Shown here in pieces: positions 37,486 to 51,118 of a stretch of 64,000 bases of DNA. The stretch is from the NCBI RefSeq assembly GCF_021028975.2, contig NC_059425.1, forward strand, positions 27,156,001 through 27,220,000, read 5' to 3'. The first letter of the stretch is position 1; each line of letters opens with the position of its first letter. This DNA comes from Sphaerodactylus townsendi (taxonomy: Eukaryota). The position numbers and the translations under genes were made by a program. A model generated the notes under the pieces. It saw only the letters and a program-made list of their open reading frames with translations, was not told where the DNA came from and did no database searches.

Positions 37486-37721
37486 TGCGATGCAGTCTGG
37501 TTTCCGGGCTGTATGGCTGTGTTCTAGCAGCATTCTCTCCTGACGTTTCGCCTGCATCTGTGGCTGGCATCTTCAGAGGATCTGATTCAGATCTTCTGAA
37601 GATGCCAGCCACAGATGCAGGCAAAACGTCAGGAGAGAATGCTGCTAGAACACGGCCATACAGCCCGGAAACCAGACAGCACCGCAGTGATTCCAGCCGT
37701 GAAAGCCTTCGACAATACATT
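37486..37721. mobile_element. Penelope-like element remnant: inverted pLTR pair plus 3' tail
   Basis: ~100-bp arms inverted about 37586; right arm continues into ...gtgattccagccgtgaaagccttcgacaatacatt; each arm carries a CTGAAGA...GAAAC-type hammerhead motif typical of Penelope pLTRs. Confidence 0.8.
37538..37580 (-). ncRNA. Minimal type I hammerhead ribozyme motif, intact core
   Basis: Minus strand reads TCCT CTGAAGA T GCCAGC CACAGAT GCAGGC GAAA CGTC AGGA: stem I TCCT/AGGA, CUGAnGA box, stem II, GAAA box, GUC cleavage triplet. Confidence 0.78.
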
Positions 37722-38589
37722 CTAATATGTGATTTCTGCATCATTTAACATTTAACGTTCATGCTTAAAATGCTATTTCTGCAGTTCCATTACAATGTTT
37801 ATTGGATGTCCCAACTTGTTGATTGTGTTGATTTACACTGTGTAATCTATCTTTAGTCTCAGTGACCCCAGTGGAGTGTAAGTAAACTTTATAAAATAAA
37901 TACTAAAAATGATCAGGGTTATAATCAAAACAACAAAACCCCTACAGCTGCAGACCAAAATATTCAATAGAAATTAGTATTAAAAACATCATGGAGCAAA
38001 GTAACACAACGATCAACTAAGGACAATGTATCGATCAATCAGTCCTTAACCTAATCCTCTGAATGACTCACTCTGTGTAACAAAATAATTTCAAAAGCTC
38101 TCTGAAAAAGATTGGTGCTTATGTTATACCCAAGAGAACAGAAGCAGACCCATTTGCAAAGACAGAGTGTCTTTGAGGAAGAGGAGGTGCAAAATCTGAG
38201 TTTTCTGCTCCCCGCATGGACGACCGCCCTCCCCCACCACGACCAAACTTTTTTTGTACCAGGTCTTAAAAACAGAGTATGGACCATGGGGGAAGGAGGA
38301 GGGTTGTGGGAGCAATTTTCTGCCCCATATGTGACTAAATGGCCACAGCCCGGGGGCATTTGACTCCATATGTCCCCCTGGGCGGTACACCCCTTGGAGA
38401 GGCCAAAGCTGAAAATGATCAGCCATGTGTGCCTGCAGATAGAAATGAACAGCAATGCACATCTCTCAGCCATCTTTGTGAGGTTTGTGCAAAAGATTAT
38501 GCTCATAGGGTTGTCAGCTTCCAGAGTGGGGGCGCTGGAGTTCTTCTGGAATTATGAATTGACCTCTAGACTTAGAGCATCTCTAAAAT

Positions 38590-40445
38590 GAGGAAGCTGG
38601 TGAAAAGGGAATCAAAAGTCACAGTTTGAAGGGTTAAATCTCTGGAAATGGCTTGGGGGGTGGGTTACTTAAGTCCTCAATACTAGAGACTCAGCTAGAT
38701 TGTATACCACAGATCAGGAAAGGTAGGATAAACTGCCAGAGGTCACTGCCATGACTAATGGATAAGATGAAGGAAGCTATTAGAGAAAAAAGTCTTCCTT
38801 TGGAAACTGGAAGACTAGCCCAAAAAAGGCAAACACAAACTTGCTTGAAGGAAGTGCAAGCAAAGAATTAGAGACACACAAAAGGATTTTGAAGGACATA
38901 TCGTTAAACACAACAAGACTAACAATAAGAAATTCTTTAAGTGCTTTAGGAGCAGGAAGCCAACTAGGCAAGCAGTTGGACCCTTGGATGACAAGGGGAG
39001 TAAAGAAATATAAGGGAGGATAAGGTGATTGCTAGGAAGTATTCTTCCCATATGTCTTCACTGTTGAAGATAACCTTTTCCTGAACACATGTTTCAGGGA
39101 AAGAGAATGAGAAGCTGGGGCAAGCAGTAACAACAGGCCAGGAAGTTTTAGAATGTATGAACAAAGTGAAAACTAACAAGTCACCGGGACCAGATGGTTC
39201 TTTTCCATCAAGAACTCAAATGGAAAATCGTTTAATTTCTAACAACTGCATGTAACATGTCCCTAAAGATAAGCCTCTGTACCAGAGGACTGGAGAATGG
39301 CCAATGTAACACCCATTTATAAAAGGAGTTTGGAGGAGGGGGGACCCAGAAAATTACAGGTCAATTATCTTAACATCTGTTCCAGGTAAACTGATAGAAA
39401 ACATTATTAAAAATAGAATCGTCAAGCATATATAAGGGCAAACCCTGCTGAACAAAACCCGGCTTCTGAAAAGGTAGGGAGCATTTTCCCCATGGCCAAT
39501 ATATCCTGGGATAAGGAAGTGAACCATCCCAGTTCGGCCATGACTTCCGCATGGCTTCTGGGTCTAACTCGGCCCTGCCCCTTGAGATTTCCCTTATCAT
39601 GCGCCTTTCGAAAACCGATAAAATTGGCGGGTCTTTTTAAAAAACCCACACCCCTCTCGCTCCCATGCAAACACTGTGGGAGATGGGCTGGTTTATTTTT
39701 CCCGCCTCGCTCGCTGCAGCCAATCAAAATGCCGGAAAAACGGGACAGTTTGCGCATGCGTGGAAACGTTGGTGAGGAAAATGAAAGTAAACTGCTGGCC
39801 ATGCGTAATCACCTGGAGTTCTTTCTCCCGGCCTGAACGTGCTGACAGGCTGTCGTGTGGAGGGAGGAACCGAGATGGAAACATCCCAGTATGTATGATC
39901 CCCCCCCCCCCCGGGGATGTTTTGGCTGTGGGGAAAACGCCCCTGTCTCTCCAACCTTATAGAGTTTTTTCGAAAGTGTCAATAAACATGTGGATAGGAA
40001 TGAGCCAACGGACATTGTGTATTTGGATTTCCAAAAGGCTTTTGACAAACTCCCCCACGAAAGATTGCAAGGCAAATTTCATAGTCGTGGGATAAGAGGA
40101 CAAGTTCTCTTATGGACTGAGAGCTGATTAATAAATAGGAAGCACAGAGTAGGAAAAAATGGTCAGATTTCACAATGAATGGGTGTGAGCAGTGGGGTCC
40201 TTCAGTGGGATCTTTGTTGGGACCAGTACTTTTCAGCCTGTTCATCAGTGTCCTGGAGCTGGGGGTGAAAACTGAGGTGACCGAGTTTGCAGATGATCCC
40301 ACATTATTAGGATGGTTAAAACAAAAACAGATTGTGAAAAGCTCCAAATGGATCTCTCCAAACTGGAGGAATGAGTATTAAGATGGCAAATGAGATTCAG
40401 TGTGAATAAGTGTAAAGTGTTGTTTATGGAGCAAAAACTTCACAT
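38590..40445 (+). mobile_element. Degenerate CR1 ORF2 (RT) fragment with a nested insertion
   Basis: KSPGPDG, VPEDWRMANVTPIYK, YLDFQKAFDK, SGV..GSLLGPVLF and FADD motifs across frameshifts. Confidence 0.85.
39477..39943. mobile_element. Non-autonomous DNA transposon (Harbinger-like) inserted in CR1
   Basis: TIR-like gcattttccccatggcc / ggctgtggggaaaacgc; interrupts the CR1 GF.KGR|SCL.NL motif. Confidence 0.6.
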
Positions 40446-42019
40446 ATATGCATATGCATAGATCAAGAAAAGGATCCTAAGCTTTGTATCTTTAAGGCAT
40501 TTAGTGACAGGACTCTTGTTAGAATCAGCAGCTGTAAGGAGAGAACCAGAGTAGGTAGTCATGGAATGGGAACCAACATAGTGTAGTCAGTGGTTAAAAC
40601 CAGGGAGACTCTAATCTGGAGAACTGGGTTTGATTCCCCACTCCTCCACATGACCAACTGACTCTAACCTAGCGAACCAGGTTTGTTTCTTCACTTCTCT
40701 GCATGAAACCTACTGGGTGATCTTGGGCCAGTCATAGTTCTCTCCAAACTCTCTGAGCCCCACCAATCTCACAAGGTATCTGTTGTCGGGAGAGGAAGGG
40801 AAAGGAGTTTGTAAACCACTTTGAGATTCCTTAAGATTGAGAAAAGGGGTGGGGTATAAATCCAAGCTCCTCTTCTTCTTCATCCTACCAAGTTGGCAGC
40901 CCAAAGGCACCTGGTGGGCCACTGCGAGTAGCAGAGTGCTGGACTAGATGGACTCTGGCCTGATCCAGCAGGCTTGTTCTTATGTTTATCCTGGGACAAG
41001 GAGTTCCACCATTTAATTATATGCTCTGTGAAGAATGGAATGGAAAGGCTGAAAGGGCTCCTGGAAGGGGTGGGACCTTGCACCGGTGTATTTGCCTTCT
41101 CTGGGACACTTATTCCGATGGAGGAGGCAGATGCATTGGTGACTGCGCATCCCGCAGCCCCAGTGCCACAAAAACCGGAGGTTCAGGCTGTGGCAGAGCA
41201 GCGCTGGTATCCTGCTCAGATATCAGCACTGGGGTGGTGGACTGGGGCATTTCTGGGAATGGAGCTGACATTAGTTCAGGGTCAGCCTATAGACTGTGAT
41301 TTGATTTAATAGTAAAAGACTGTTGGGGATGGACCAGGGCTACTGTCTTGGGTATGGGGAAGAGGTTCAGCAGTGGTGTAGAGCCAAGGGGGCAGGGTGG
41401 TGGTGTGCGATGCATCAGGTGTGTGCCAGTGCGGGGGCATGGTGGGGGCGTAGTGTGGCGGGTGGGGCTGCAGGGCGCACGTGTGCCCCAGTCGCAGTTC
41501 TTCCTTGCTCCGACCTTGAGATTCCGTCACCCCGTCTTCTTCTCATCTGCCTGTTAGCCTGGTTTGGGGTGGGGAGAAAGACAGGCACTGAAATTATGGT
41601 TGCCATCTCCAGTGGGAAGTTTCTGGAGTTTTTGCAGGAGGGAGCCTGGGAAGGAGAGAGTTTTGGAAGGGGGAGAGTCATAGAGTCCACCCTGGCCATC
41701 AAATGAAATTCTGGGAGCTCTCCAGGCCCCAGCCAGAGGTTGGCAATCCTAACTGAGGCTAATGACAGTTTAGAATTAGGATTTCTATCAGAGAAATAGT
41801 GCTAGGAGAAAGAATTAAACCCCCATCCGAACTGGGTCTCTCCACAGCTGTATTTTGATGGAAAAAATATCTCAGAAATTATTTTGATCCTCATTCAGAG
41901 AATGAATAGATTCTTCTTCTGTAACTTTGGTGGGCTTTCCTTTCAAGTCCTTAATAATTAAGACATGTTTATCAATGACTATTGGTTATAATGCTAAATG
42001 GACCCTCCATATTCTAAGG

Positions 42020-42154
42020 CACAGGTGTCAAATTTGCGGCCCTCCAGATGTTATGGACTACAGTTCCCATAATCCTCTGCCAGCATGATGCTGGCAGGGG
42101 ATTATGGGAACACTAGTCCATAACATCTGGAGGGCCACGAATTTGACACCTATG
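42020..42154. mobile_element. Palindromic hAT MITE
   Basis: Perfect TSD ttctaagg. Confidence 0.9.
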
Positions 42155-42719
42155 TTCTAAGGTAATCTACTCCTGAGTACCAGCCATGAGGAAGAAGATG
42201 GCCTTTGTGATATGCTCGTGAGATTCCGGAGCCATCCGGCTGGTTTCTGCTGGAAACAGAAATGGGTTGTAGGGCTGCAGGCCTGATGTGTTCATACACT
42301 GTTACGTTCCTTGATCTGGAGACTCATCCATTCTCGGATTGTGCCCAGAGTCAGCTACTGTCTCTCTGCTTATGTTTATTTGATTTCTCTTCAACTGAAA
42401 GCCTTAATTTAAAACAGAAGGCGGTTGTTTACAATCCCAAGAAGGCTCTATCTAGGAACTTGAAATGTGTGCACAAGAGACAGATGATTTTTTGGGGTGG
42501 AGGGAGAGAGAAAGGTTTGGTCTTGCTCAAGATCTCTGATGGGGGTTCACCCACTGAATTTTGACTGGGCAGGAGTCTGGTCAGCATTTGGGAGGAGCCC
42601 TTTTTAAAAATGTATCAATCCTGTCAGAGCAATCCCACATCCTATCCTCCATCACCACTTCCTGATGGTGGGACTTTGGGATTTACCACTGTCACCACGT
42701 TAGATTTATTGCGCTTGTT

Positions 42720-43145
42720 TCTCTTTTTAATTTGAAAGTTCTATTTATTTTGCACATATAGACTACGGATGCAGAAACAGAAACAGTCCAAATCTGGTTT
42801 CTCTTCCCCCCCTACAGTAATAATAACAATAATAATAATTAGAAATCCTAAATAAAAGAAAAAGAAAAAAGAAAACACACAAACGCATCCCTACACATAC
42901 ATATGGTGACTTCCAGCTATCTCTCTAGATCCAAATGCGAATCTAGGTCCGTGCTTATGATTAATATCTGCATTTTTTCACTTTTAGTCTTTTTCTAAAA
43001 CAGCTTTAGTCCAATATGCTATTTTCGTTTAAGTCTCAAATCTCCCATTATTTCTCTATTTGTATATGTTTTCAATAAGTAGACTGCAAAAGATTTCCAA
43101 TCTTTAAGGAAATTGTCCATGTTCTTGTCTCTTATAAATACGCTT
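42720..43145 (-). mobile_element. L1/Tx1-like 3' end
   Basis: Minus frame FIRDKNMDNFLKDWKSFAVYLL followed by an AT-rich 3' UTR. Confidence 0.55.
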
Positions 43146-43159
43146 GTTTCTAATGTTGA

Positions 43160-44100
43160 GTTAAGTATTTATTTTTATTTTAAACATTTGTATGCTGCCT
43201 TTCCGCCCAACTTTGGGTTCCCAAGGTGGCAAATGATCAAAACAATGTTAAAATACTAATAAAATACTAATAAAAATATTATTAGTATTAGTAAAAAATA
43301 AACATACTAATAAACATACTAATAAAATACAGAGCCCTTTGGGGGTGTAAATTCAATTATAAATAAATAAATATACATACATACATGAAATAATTCCAGC
43401 AATTAAATAAAACGTAAACACACAGATAGGGAGGAGGGTCAGCGAGAGTCAGTGAGAGAATGCCAGACAAAACAAAAGTCTTCTCTCACTGGTTGAAGAC
43501 AACTGTTGGGGGAGGCAGATGAATCTCCCTGGCGAGTGAGTTCCAGAGTTTGGGCAACCATGACTGAAAAAGCTCTTTCTCAGGTGCCACCCATCTAGCC
43601 TCAGGTGGCAGGGGCCCTCAAAAGGCCTCTGAAAATGAGTGAAGTGATCAGGTATGTCGATATTAAAATTGATGGTCTTTCTTGCCTGAGCCATATAGGA
43701 CTTTAAATGTCAATACCAGCACGCAGAATTGGGTAGAGAAGCAAATTGGGAGCCAGCATAGATGGCACAATATGGTCACTATAACCCACTCTAGTCAACA
43801 CTCTGGACAACCTTCAAGGGCAACCCCATGTAAAGCACATTGCAGTAGCCTATGCTCATTTTACCAGGTAATGCATCACAATAGATCTTTTCTGTCTGGA
43901 AGCAGCTGCAGCTGGTTCACCAGTCAAAGCTGGTGAAAGACACGGATGCCATCTGTTTATCCAGTCGGAGGCCTGGATCTAGCAGCACCCTCAAGCTACA
44001 AACCTGCTCTTTTGGGTGGAGTGCAATTCCTCCTAGAACAAGAGATGTCCCATGTCCTGGGCCAAACTTTCTAGTCTCTAATAGCGCCTCCTTTTTTGTC
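43160..44100 (-). mobile_element. L2 LINE 3' fragment
   Basis: L2-type tail (tttatt...tgctgcctttcc...ccaaggtggc) and degenerate ORF2 C-terminal sequence. Confidence 0.6.
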
Positions 44101-46562
44101 AGGATTAATTTTGCGGGGATGAAAGAAAGGGACTCTGGAGAGTTAATTTCTCGCAGCTGGAGACTGCCACGAAAACAGCTTCTGGCTTCAAATTCTGAGC
44201 CCCAACTTGCTTTAGCATGAAACAGTATTTTGGGTATTTTACAGGGGGCTGATTATTGCCTTTGCCTAGTTTTCGCTGGCAGGAGAAAAGGAGCCTTTTG
44301 AATACCATGGGTAGAGAAGATAAATCATCCCAGCACTTGCAATTTGGAAAGGCATGCAGGGAAGAACGCACAAGCATTTTGCCCTGCTGCCTTGACTGAG
44401 AGGTGGTTAATGTTCCTTCTGAAAGTAGCAGAGAAACAGCTGGCCCTGCTCCCCTCTTCCCCGAATTAAGGTTATGTCTTATTTTCCTCCTTGTGTGCTG
44501 GGCAGTCTCATTCCACATGTCCATGCACACCATGTGCTTGCAATTCTGTTGAATCCATTAGCTATTCTAAACATGCCCTGGGAGAACAGAACAGAGCTCC
44601 CAGGCTTCATTCCATTGCCTTTGCTGAAACCTCAGACACCTGCAATGGTCTACAGTCCCAGTGGCCCCATAGAAAAAAGATCATAGCCTAGAACAGGGAA
44701 AAGTTCAGAACGGGAAAACTGGGCTTAGGGGAAAAAAGATGCCCATGAACAGAACTTTCCAGAGTCCCACGCAAGCATCCCCGTCCAGTTTCAGGTTAGG
44801 ATTACAACGAGGGGGGGGGGGGGTTTGGCTGGGAGTTTAACCCTTTCATTCCAATGAAATTCTCACCCATTGCCTGCAGTTAGCCCTGGGGAGAGGGCAA
44901 TCCCAGCCACCCCATCTTTACCAAGCAGATGTGATTAAGATCACATGAATTTCTATCGGTCTGTACAAAATAAATTGCACGCGCACACAACAGCCGTTTG
45001 GAGCATGGTTGCTCAGGAAGGAAAGAGGGGATTTAACCTTTCACCCTCCCACCCCCCCCACTTGGTTTCATCAATCAAAACCGCCTTCTGTTCCCCCAGA
45101 CTATTATAATTTTGAATAGAAAAAGATGAGTTTTTAAAGGATAGGACAACTTATGTGTGTTGTGGGTATGCGTGCAGGTTTGATGGGTATCTCAGAACTC
45201 TTGATACTGGGCACATAGAACAGGGGTTTCTTTTCTAGGAGGCATCTGACTGACCCCTGTTGGAAACAGGATGTTGAACTAGATGGTCTGAGCCAGCAGA
45301 GCTTATCTGATCTTCTTACAAAGTGGCAACAACATTTCTTCTGAGCATGTAGCACATTTCTGGAGTTAATAAGGAGGTTTTAGTTCTTCCCAGCAGGACA
45401 GAACCATCTCTGCTCTAATTTCTGGGGATTAAGCTCCATCTTTAGACAATTGATTCTGAACCAGTTGTTTTAAAATATGTGACATTTTAACCCTTCAGTG
45501 CCCACAAAGTTGCTTTGTTAATCTGGTATTGGCATTAACAAGCCCTCAAGTCATTGTCTTTAAAAAGTGACAAACAGTAGACGTAGTTGGTGGTGACTCT
45601 GGTTTACTTTAAAAATAAGAAATTGTGACTAAGGATTATGTTTTACAGTCAAGCGCACAACCATGTAAGAAATGTGACTGGGGCCTTCGTAGTGTTGCTA
45701 ACAACCCGGAGAAAACATGCTCTGACCCTTTGACAGGATGCTATTTACCAGGGGAGGTTATTTTACTTCCATGGTATGGATCAGGCTTGAACTTCACCCA
45801 GATTTCTGCAGGGCACTACCAACTTTTGCAATGCCAGCACCAGGAAACTGGGGACCCTCCGGACTCTCTTACTCTGAAAAAGATAAGGCCATGCAATCTG
45901 GGAATTCTCTCTTGCTGCCTTTCTTGGGTGTCGCAAGCAAGAACTTGTTGGACTCCAGCAAATGCCCAACCTGGTCAGCCAGGAGCAACTGTTGTGTTTC
46001 AAAGTTGGAGTCCAAAATCTATTTGCGTGTGTGTTAAGTGCTGTCGAGTTGCTTCCGACCTATGGCAACCATATGAATTCGGGATTCGCTTCTGAAGAAA
46101 CATGTCATAAAACAGATTTTCCCGTGCTGGGATCCCTAATCGTTACCCTTGCGAGGCAGACTATGCTTCACAGTAAAATCACGAATAAACCCCACCCCGC
46201 CCTGTCCCCTCCCCATCACATTTGGACTAGTTGGGGAGATGTGGAAGGGTCAGGACATTTGCAAGTCTGTTGCTGTGGGATTATTTCATCTTTCTGCCAC
46301 CATCAGTGCAAGCCTGTCCCTGAGTTAAGCTCCTCTTCACTTACACTAAGTGTACAGGGTACTACAAGTATAATAAATAAATAAAACCAGTAGGACCCGA
46401 AAGAACCCTGTGATAACAAGACTGTCTGTAGCCCTGTGCCGTCTCCCTGGGTCAAATCTGCCTTATTGCAGTCCCCCTTCCATTTGATACAAAAGAAGGA
46501 TGCTCATCACAGCTTGCAAGACCCCATAAGACGGAAAACCGATCGGCCAAATCCGCACTTAC

Positions 46563-46800
46563 CTGTCTTGGTTCTACACCAGGTCCTCTCTCTCCATAGT
46601 CCTTCCAGGTGAGATGCCCACCGGTCTCTGCTTTCTTCGAGAATGAAATGCTTGTCTGGCTAGCGGAGGGGCTCTTGCTCTTTCTAAATGTGAAAACACC
46701 CAGCTCTCCTGCAAACCCTTCTCTTCTCCTCCGCTCCCTCTGCTGGATATGATGCTGAGAGGTTGCTGGCTTTCTGCATGTACATAGAGGACAACGGTGG
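46563..46800 (-). promoter_or_regulatory. Candidate non-coding first exon / promoter-proximal region of CHRM1
   Basis: Perfect minus-strand donor CAG|GTAAGT at 46563/46562 in non-repetitive sequence with some CpGs; mammalian CHRM1 has a non-coding first exon; 5' boundary unknown. Confidence 0.4.
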
Positions 46801-47260
46801 TGTTGCCAGATATGAAAGGTGTTCTTGTATATTTTGCACAGTCATAGAAGCAAATGCATGATCAAGTCATCTGTGTGTTTCAGTGCTCTGCCAGTGTAGT
46901 GCACAAAAACTGATATATTCTAGGTCTGATGGCTGGGAACAGGAAGTGGAGATTTTGGAGGAAGCCTGATGGAAGATTTCTACCTGTCCATCCCATTTAT
47001 GTCTCCTCTGTTCCTTTTCCTCATTCATTTCAATGAAAGTGAATTTACATCAGAGACTGCACCCACATAGGGCAGATTCCCCATTCTCTGATTGCTGCTA
47101 GAAATGGCAACAGGTCTACACAGTATTGCCTTGAGCCTGCCCTCCTGCCCCCTTGCTGATGGAAGCCAAAGTAAGCTCCACTGCATTTTTGTTGGGGGAG
47201 AACTTGGAGCTAAAAGCCAGCACAGAAGCAATTTCAGTATTTCTTTTCACGGCTGGACTC

Positions 47261-47410
47261 AACTGGTTGTTGTGGGCTTTCTGGGCTGCGTGGCTGTGGT
47301 CTGGTGAATATTGTTCCTAATGTTTCGCCTGCATGTGTGACTGGCTAATACACCTCTGAAGATCTACCAAACCCCAGCCACACAGCCTGGAAAGCCCACA
47401 ACAACCAGTT
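47261..47410. mobile_element. Penelope-like inverted pLTR remnant, internally deleted
   Basis: aactggttgttgtgggctttc...gaaagcccacaacaaccagtt inverted arms containing broken hammerhead halves. Confidence 0.7.
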
Positions 47411-47628
47411 TCAGTATCACTCACTGTGTCCTGTGGTAGCTGCTTGGGATCTCAGGCAGAGAAAACTATTTCCCGACAGCTGGTACCCAAGATCCTTTCA
47501 CAGTAGAAGGCCATAAGGAGCGTTTCTCCGTGGCAACTCCTGTTTTGACTTTCTCTGCTATTGATCCCACAAGCATCCCCTTTCTAACAAAACAAAAGAA
47601 GTTTAACAATTTCTCTGACCTTTTAGAC

Positions 47629-47814
47629 CAGTGGTTCTCAACCTTCTTAATCCCGTGACCCTTTAATGCAGTTCCTCATGTTGTGGTGACCCCCAACCCT
47701 AACATTTATCCATTTTACAGATGGAGAACACTAGTGCAGAGAGTATTAGGTGACCCCTGTGAAAGGGTCATTCAACCCCCAAAGGGGTCCCGACTCCCAG
47801 GTTGAGAACCACTG
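47629..47814. mobile_element. SPIN (URR1-like) hAT MITE, second copy
   Basis: Same 186-bp structure; perfect TSD ttttagac. Confidence 0.9.
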
Positions 47815-48592
47815 TTTTAGACCCTATTTGGTGTAGTGGTTAGAATTTCATTCTAGGATCAAGGAGATCCAGGTTTGAATACCCACGCTGCCTCACAGGG
47901 TTGCTGGCAGACTTGGGCCCAGTCACATCCTCTCAGCTTGATTTGAGCATAATTCTTCTGCATGTCTGCAGCTTTCTAGTTGCCACATGGGTTCATTCTC
48001 TTACAGTCATAACATTACTGAGTTTTCCACATCATTGGCAACATCACAGCACCACGACCTTTTTTGTGTGTGGATGTGCTATATAGATATACTAATAGAG
48101 GGGACTATGCCCCTTCTCCCCCCCCCCCCAATACAATTTACTGACTGTACAGCCGCTTTCCTGCCATGTTGATTTGGAATGTAGTGACAAAGACATTCTT
48201 TAGCATTGTTTCAAATGGCAGTTCTCAGGATTGTACTAAAGGTGCTTCTTGTATGTACAAAGTTACTACCCACAGTGCAAATTGATTTGGTGACTGGCTG
48301 AAGAATTGCCATGATGGTCGTTCTCTGATCAGTTGCAGCACCAAAAAATGTGCATGCGTGAGAATTGCCATTTGACTTCACCCAAAGAAGAAGTGATTAG
48401 CAGAGGTGGGATCCAACCAGTTCTCACCACTTCTCTAGAAGTGGTTACTAATTTTTTCTGAGTGCCAAGAAGGGGTCACTAAAGCAACCTCCCTGTCCAA
48501 TAGGGACTGGAGGTGCGTGTGTGTGGCGGCCCCACTGTTTGAATCCCACCACCATCGGAACCTGTTATTAAAATTTTTGGATCCCACCACTG

Positions 48593-48810
48593 ACTATTAG
48601 GAAGAATTTCCTGACCGTCAGGGCTGTTTGACAGTGGAATTCACTGCCTTGGAGAATGGTGGAGTCTCCTTCTATGGAGGTTTTTATCAGAGGCTGGATG
48701 ATCATATGTTGGGAGTGCTTTGATTGTGTGTTCCTGCATTGCAGGGGTTGGACTTGATGGCCCTTGGGCTCTCTTCCAACTCTATGATTCGATTCTATGA
48801 TTCTATGATA
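48593..48810 (+). mobile_element. CR1 3' end
   Basis: aggaagaatttcctgac...tggaattcactgcc...cttccaactctatgatt with (CTATGATT)n tail; a further remnant at ~59475-59560. Confidence 0.8.
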
Positions 48811-50985
48811 ACAAGTGCCCCCCAAATATCAGAATAAGAAGACATTTTTGAGGATCTATAGAAGGGTTATTGAGAGGCACAAAAGCACATCTTATATCAA
48901 TATATTGCTATTAGAAGTGTGTTTATTTAAAACACACACACGTGTGTAAGCCACTATAAGAAAAAAAAAGCATTCTTTCCATGACCTGGTGGGAGAAAAT
49001 GGAATTTAAGAAGTGGAGGGACCTCAGCAGGGCACAGATCTAATCACACCTGGTAGTTGCCAGATTGCTGGCATTGTTAAAGCCCTTTAAATTGCTGTTA
49101 TATTGATATTGCTGTGGTTGTTGTTATATCAATATTGTAGCCCCTTTTCAAAAATAATCCCCCCCAACCTGTAAAAGAGACAAAGCAGTTCCCTAGACCA
49201 AACTCTGCTGAAGAAGGGGACCATGTCCTAGAACTGATATTCTTCCTCCCCACCATACTTCCTGCCACTGCTACTGCCACAGGAGGAGAGAGAGACTTTT
49301 TATTTTGATATTCCTTGGTATTTGAATATTCCTGTACAAATGCTTGAAGTTCTAAAAAGTCTTCCTGGTCATCAGGGAGGGCAGAAGTAGAGTGTGGGAG
49401 GCAGGGGTGTATCTGCCAGAGGGACCTTGGACGCCACCCATTAGCTCATGAGGGGGGCGCAAAATTGCCCCCACACCTCTCACATGGAGAGGTGCCCTCG
49501 CCTGGTGCTTCCCCCTCCACTGGGAGCTGCAGAGCCGGGTGCCCCTTGGCCTGGCTCCAGTTTTTCAGAAAAATCTTAAACCTAAAAAAAATGGTTAAAA
49601 AAACCATGAATGAGCCCCTTTTATTATGACTTCCATCTGTCTGAGACCCTGGTGAGTTGCTGCCTGTCTGAGTAAGCAGAACTGACCTTGATAGATCAAT
49701 GAAGCTGACGCAGAATAAGAAAGTACCACGAATTTTGCATGTGCTTTTGTCTTCCTCCAGGATGAAGAGTTTCCAGTTGGGACAGTTAATTATGGCTCTG
49801 TTGTTTGTGTATGAACTTAATCATTGTTAAGGCAGCAAACCTGGGTTCGCTTAAACACAGGGCCAAGCATTTGATGGGACGATCTGCAGACCCCCAAGGC
49901 CAGCTCCCTACATGTTGTGCAGAGGAGATCAGGGGGAACATCCCACCTTTCTAAACAGAAGCAGCGTTTACTTTGACATTCATAGAAACAGCTGCGGCAT
50001 TTCAACATTTCTCCTTTGTCCGGAGTAAAGACTGTTTGTGAGAACTCCACGGATCCTGGGCCTAGATTAATGGGGTGTGCTTGCCACGGGACACAGCTGT
50101 GCCTTTGGCAGTGGCCTCAGCATTTTCGAAGAACTTCAACTGCTGAGCTGCTCTGAGGCAAACAATGGAGACCGGAGTGTTTTATTTGCTGCCGGGCTTT
50201 TGCTGTTCGCTTCCTGTTGGCAGGGCTATATGTTCTGTTTCTGGGCAGGAGCCTGTTTGGAATACAGAAGCTGGCATTCTGAACGTCTGCTCTCGCTCCT
50301 CCGCCTTTCTAACCAAGCAATTTTGGTAGCCTCCTTGGCCGTTAGGAAAAAAATTGGGTTTGTTTTGTTGTGGCTTTATAGAAGACCTTGTGCATGCTAC
50401 AGAACTTTCTCCTGTGGCCATGAGATTTAGCCAATAGGCCAAGGCAGCATTGAAGATTTGAGCGTGTGTGTGTGTGTGTGTGGTATGCATAACTCTGTTT
50501 TTCAGCTCACATGATTTATATATTAGGCAGACCTGTTTCTCTTTAACTTAGCAGTTTTGTGTAGAGCCCATCCTTGCCAATATAGCTAAATTGGTATGGA
50601 TAAGTCCCAACTATGTGTGATGGAGTTCTGTAAACAGGATCTTCTGTATTTTTTTGTTTTTGAAAACAGTTTGCAGGAAGCAGGGGAGAGCAGGTGGTCC
50701 AATTACATGAGATCTTGGAATCTAAGCAGGGTCATTGCTTGGATGGGTGACCACCAAGGAAGGCTCTGCAGAAGGCTGCAATGGCAAACCACCTCTGGTT
50801 TTCACTTGCCTTGAAAGCCCTTTGCTGGGGTCTCCAAAAGGTGGTTGTGATTTGATGCCATTATGAAGGGAGCACAGAGGAATTTGGATTAAGGTTGTGA
50901 GACAATTTTTTTAACCTTGTCCCTCCATGCACCAGGTTTCAGTCAACCTCTCCTCCTTTGCCTTACTTCAAAAGTTGCTATATGC

Positions 50986-51118
50986 CAGTGGTGGCGAACC
51001 TTTGGCACTCCAGATGTTATGGACTACAATTCCCATCAGCCCCAATTGGCCATGCTGGAAGGGGCTGATGGGAATTGTAGTCCATAACATCTGGAGTGCC
51101 AAAGGTTCGCCACCACGG
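50986..51118. mobile_element. Palindromic hAT MITE, CAGTGGTGGCGAACC termini
   Basis: Perfect TSD ctatatgc; same core as the 30835 copy. Confidence 0.9.
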
